Below, in pieces: positions 35,597 to 38,680 of a stretch of DNA of 38,680 bases (its first letter is position 1; every line of letters begins with the position of its first letter). A program made the translations under genes and the position numbers. Source of the stretch: Nanohaloarchaea archaeon B1-Br10_U2g1 (GTDB taxonomy: Archaea; Nanohalarchaeota; Nanosalinia; Nanosalinales; Nanosalinaceae); the NCBI GenBank assembly GCA_001563875.1, contig LKMN01000005.1:1-38680 (forward strand), read 5' to 3'. The notes under the pieces are model-generated. The model had not been told where the DNA came from and did no database searches. It was given only the letters and a program-made list of their open reading frames with translations.

Positions 35597-36357
35597 TTCT
35601 TCAAATCTTCAAACCGTTCAAGACACTCCTGTCGAAGCTCCTCACCTTTTTCCTTATCTCCGTACTGGTCAAGTCTAGCGGCCATAACGGCTTTGTTCGC
35701 CAGGAAACGCGCCATCTTACCTCTCTTACTTTCAGGAAGGCTGTTTATGAAACGGTGTTGGAATATCACGCCGTGTTTAGGAGGTGTGCCCTCGCCGTGA
35801 AGGTAACGGAACAGTGCTTTCTCCGCACCCAGCATCTGGACCGTTGAGGCAGGCTTCTTTGCCAGGTCTTCAAGACTTCCCGCAAGCGCAACAATTCTCG
35901 CTGCAAGAAGAGGGCCTAAAACGGTTGAAAGGTTGGACATTTCCTCCTCTGCAACCTGTTCGATATACTTCTCAAGGTTTTCGCGGTGACTTCTCTTTTT
36001 TTCTATAACGTTTAAAGACTCCTCAAGAACCTCGATATCCTTATCTGTCAAGGTCATCCCTGTTGAAGATTCTGCAAGCTCCTCGAAGCCGGCAACTCTA
36101 TCCCTTTCTACAGTCTTTGAAAGTATTTTTACCAAGTGTTCGTCTTCCGATATCTCTTCCTCAAGCTCGGGGAAGTAAAGCGAGTACCAGTCTCTGAATC
36201 TCTCCATCTCTTTAGAAACATTGTTACCAAGCTCGTCGTACAGATTGACAGCTTTAACCATTAAACGGTCTCTCTCTGCCGACTCTTTAAGTTTCTCCCG
36301 AGCCTGTTTCAACGCTTCGTCTCGTAGATCGTTCACTGGTTTACCACCGGTCGACAT
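35593..36357 (-). CDS. nop5: Nop5 (Nop56/58), short form
   Basis: WY..YFPEL, LAK.PASTVQ.LGAEKALFR, PPKHGVIFQH, RGKMAR.LA and AAR.D. Confidence 0.95.
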   Translation of the reverse strand: MSTGGKPVNDLRDEALKQAREKLKESAERDRLMVKAVNLYDELGNNVSKEMERFRDWYSLYFPELEEEISEDEHLVKILSKTVERDRVAGFEELAESSTGMTLTDKDIEVLEESLNVIEKKRSHRENLEKYIEQVAEEEMSNLSTVLGPLLAARIVALAGSLEDLAKKPASTVQMLGAEKALFRYLHGEGTPPKHGVIFQHRFINSLPESKRGKMARFLANKAVMAARLDQYGDKEKGEELRQECLERFEDLKN

Positions 36358-36778
36358 TTATTCCGAGCATATGCATCTTCAGTTTCACATGTTTTTCGTC
36401 TCTTCCAAGCTCTTCAGCGACTTTCCCAGGATCCATAGACGGGTTTTGAACCATAAACCGTTCCTCCCATCTGGAGAATCCTTTCCAGTCGGTTACGTCC
36501 TCTATCTCTTCTTGGAACTCTGACTCGTTTTTCAGGAACTTCTCGAGATCGCTGTTACTCATCTCCTTCCTGTTACGGGACAGGTACTCCACCTCTCTTG
36601 GATCCCAGGAGAACGGTATTTTGGAGGTCGAGTCGTTCTCAGCTTTCTCGTCCATAGAGTTTCTTTTCTTCCTCATCTCAGGCTTTTCTATCTTCTCTTC
36701 TTCTACGTTAGAAAGCTCTTCGTTAAGAAGCTCTTTTGCCTTGTCGACGAGATAGTCCTCGTACTGTTCCCGGTCCAT
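36341..36778 (-). CDS. Hypothetical protein with two Myb/SANT-like HTH repeats
   Basis: WDPREVEYL..N...MS and FSRWEERFM..N.......VAEELGR....V..K...LG; ATG at 36778. Confidence 0.65.
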   Translation of the reverse strand: MDREQYEDYLVDKAKELLNEELSNVEEEKIEKPEMRKKRNSMDEKAENDSTSKIPFSWDPREVEYLSRNRKEMSNSDLEKFLKNESEFQEEIEDVTDWKGFSRWEERFMVQNPSMDPGKVAEELGRDEKHVKLKMHMLGINVDRW

Positions 36779-36877
36779 AAACATTTGTTTATGGCCTGAA
36801 CCTTTAAACTGTTTCAAGGAAACACTGTGACTCTGTAAATAAATCTTTATGATTTGCCTTTTCGAACACATTTAAAT

Positions 36878-37372
36878 ATGTCAGAACGCTCTGAAAACGG
36901 TTTTGAATATGTGGAAGACTCTGAAACCGGTGAAAAAGTATTTGATATACCTTTAGACTCTGAAAACAGTGAATACCTTTCTTTGAGACTGCTTGACAGA
37001 GAGGAGAGGCCAGGTATACCCGGGGTCTACAGGGCGGAGATATCCTCTGATATCGACTCAGAGAGGTTTGAAAGACTCGTAGACCAGTATACCGGAAGAC
37101 TGTCGACAGGGGTAAGAACGATAGATATAGATACTGGAGAAGAGGTCAGGACCGCGGAGACAGACGAAGCCTACTACGTAGAGTTTCCATCAGGGGTCTA
37201 CCACAATATAACCTTGAAGGAGGATGAACAAAGCCTCAGCCTAGAGGTGAGAGACACAACAGTAAGGCCTTTGAAGAAATGGATGGAATCAACAGGAAAA
37301 GACAGTGAACAGGTCGAAGACGCTTTAAACGAAGCACGAACACTGATAGGAGAACATTTGGAAAAACAGTGA
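36878..37372 (+). CDS. Hypothetical acidic protein
   Basis: 164 aa from ATG 36878, D/E-rich; no motif recognised. Confidence 0.62.
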   Translation: MSERSENGFEYVEDSETGEKVFDIPLDSENSEYLSLRLLDREERPGIPGVYRAEISSDIDSERFERLVDQYTGRLSTGVRTIDIDTGEEVRTAETDEAYYVEFPSGVYHNITLKEDEQSLSLEVRDTTVRPLKKWMESTGKDSEQVEDALNEARTLIGEHLEKQ

Positions 37373-37501
37373 CGAGTTAAAACTGTTCTATACTCTGAAA
37401 AACAGCGTCCTCTTTTTTAATCTGTCACATACTTTCACCATCAATCCAGTTTATTTAAGAAAATAACCATACAACCTAGTCTTACAGCTTAATAGTTTTG
37501 C

Positions 37502-37573
37502 GCGGCGTTGGTCCAGTGGCTAAGACTCCGGCCTTCCAAGCCGGCGACCCGGGTTCAAGTCCCGGACGCCGCA
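37502..37573 (+). tRNA. tRNA-Gly(TCC)
   Basis: GCGGCGT/ACGCCGC acceptor stem, CCGGC-CT-TCC-AA-GCCGG anticodon arm, CCGGG-TTCAAGT-CCCGG T-arm. Confidence 0.96.
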
Positions 37574-37703
37574 ATCTACTAACCTGTAGTAAACTCAAGA
37601 GCCAGGTTATCTCTTGACCTTTGAATTCTTTGTACTGGAGATTTCTGTTCTCTTTAGCACTTGTCTACAAATAAAAAGCTGGTAGAGCAATAACAGTACT
37701 GTT

Positions 37704-38216
37704 ATGATCAGAGAGTATGGTCCGATACTTCTTATTCCTGCGGCATGGATAATGAGCTTTCTAACAATGGTATATCCCGGGATAGATACGTACTGGATAG
37801 CACATATGCATTACTTCATAACAGGTTTTCTGGCGGTCTTCGCGTTGACGTCGTGGAAGAAGATGGATAAACCTGTTCTGAAAACATGGAGATTAGTTAT
37901 CTTATTAGGTATATTTGCGACAGCGGCAGGAGCATTAAGCTTCCATATAGAAGACTTTTCATCTATATTTGGAGGTATATCGGTCTTCTACTGGTTACTG
38001 GCTCCGGGACTAGCATCTTACTACACTAGTGAAAGCTTGGGGGAGTACAGTAAAGCGTTCAGGTTTACAGGTTACGGAGGCATAACAGCGTTCCTGCTTT
38101 TTCTTCAAGGAGTTGTTGTAGATAGCCAGATCTTCTTAGCAGCAGGGATTATTACAGCTATAGTTTCTCAGACTTCAAGCATTGTATTGGCCGCCAGAAT
38201 GGATGGAAACATCTAG
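37704..38216 (+). CDS. Integral membrane protein (about 6 TM), function unknown
   Basis: Successive hydrophobic segments over 170 aa. Confidence 0.78.
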   Translation: MIREYGPILLIPAAWIMSFLTMVYPGIDTYWIAHMHYFITGFLAVFALTSWKKMDKPVLKTWRLVILLGIFATAAGALSFHIEDFSSIFGGISVFYWLLAPGLASYYTSESLGEYSKAFRFTGYGGITAFLLFLQGVVVDSQIFLAAGIITAIVSQTSSIVLAARMDGNI

Positions 38217-38678
38217 TTAAAGATCTTCATAGGTTGTGAAATCATTCTCTCTAAAGAAGCTTCTGTAGTCTTCCGAACTGTAGATTTTCTCGCCTTTAGA
38301 TGTCAGGAACGTTCCTCTTGAGCCCTCAGTATCTATAAGCTCCAGATCTTTCATCTCGTTCAGTAAAGGTCTTATATGATAGTCATGGAGATCCAGCTCA
38401 TTCTTAATCTCTCCCTGGTTGTAATCTTCCGCAACCATCTCGAAAACTGTTTCAGGCAGATCTTCAGCTGACTCAAAGCTGTAATCGTCGCTTCCAGGGC
38501 TGTAGGTCTCATCCACCCAGTCTATGTAGGCTTCTGAAACGAGATCTACTTCGTAGACAAATGCCTCTCCCTCTCTCACCAGCTTCAGAGGATCTTCAAG
38601 ATCCACGAAAAGAGCTTCTACTAACTCGTCTTCCCTCTCAGGATCTATAAAACCTCCGAACTCTTTTGCAAGGGTTCT
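38217..38678 (-). CDS. Hypothetical protein with a C-terminal winged-helix-like domain; 5' end outside the window
   Basis: The frame is open upstream of GTG 38606 to the window end (RTLAKEFGGFIDPERE...). EI..EL.......R..L..M....LI.....GT.LT.KG wHTH pattern. Confidence 0.65.
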   Translation of the reverse strand, partial: RTLAKEFGGFIDPEREDELVEALFVDLEDPLKLVREGEAFVYEVDLVSEAYIDWVDETYSPGSDDYSFESAEDLPETVFEMVAEDYNQGEIKNELDLHDYHIRPLLNEMKDLELIDTEGSRGTFLTSKGEKIYSSEDYRSFFRENDFTTYEDL

Positions 38679-38680
38679 GT

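Noticed and set aside
647-36523. Numerous antisense or alternate-frame ORFs in the track (e.g. 647-964, 7792-8274, 9943-10332, 15591-16223, 20962-21342, 29412-29786)
   Set aside because: Ser/Phe/Leu-rich shadows of GAA/GAC-rich acidic genes, overlapping well-supported CDSs.
36889-37407. Repeated CTCTGAAA words (about 36889, 36919, 36958, 37393)
   Set aside because: Short and irregularly spaced; three simply encode S-E-N/T within a CDS. Not a CRISPR or iteron array.
37373-37703. Possible integrated element at tRNA-Gly (also considered for tRNA-Val and tRNA-Met)
   Set aside because: No integrase or transposase and no duplicated tRNA 3' half (att site) seen in the window.

Overview
Gene-dense archaeal chromosomal segment of about 40% GC (by eye) with very acidic proteins. 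The acidic proteome, a single fused PriS-PriL primase and trimmed housekeeping proteins point to a DPANN halophile, most likely Nanohaloarchaeota (inference). It is almost entirely core genome: RNase J, three tRNAs (intron-containing CAT, Val-GAC, Gly-TCC), Ppa, an ABC-2 exporter, XPB and XPD, NreA, the RpoL/TFS/PCNA/primase/GINS/L44e/S27e/aIF2-alpha/Nop10/PAC2 cluster joined to rpoK-eno-rps2, L7Ae-S28e-L24e-aIF5B, a sufBDSU-Nudix-sufC operon, fibrillarin and Nop5. Six short genes missed by the ORF track were recovered by hand: Nop10, RpoK, S28e, L24e, a CdrS-like ribbon-helix-helix protein and a zinc-finger microprotein. No transposase, integrase or CRISPR array is visible. The strongest hidden signal is in the 65-nt tRNA(CAT) intron: an antisense guide plus a D'/C' box motif that, by the N+5 rule, targets C34 of its own tRNA. 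All three C/D sRNP protein genes lie in the same window. Other leads are a fused primase that has lost its Fe-S cysteines and gained a C-terminal zinc finger, an N-terminally trimmed Nop5 coupled to a Myb-like protein, a multi-hairpin candidate ncRNA, and recurrent acidic ORFans packed tail-to-tail against core genes.
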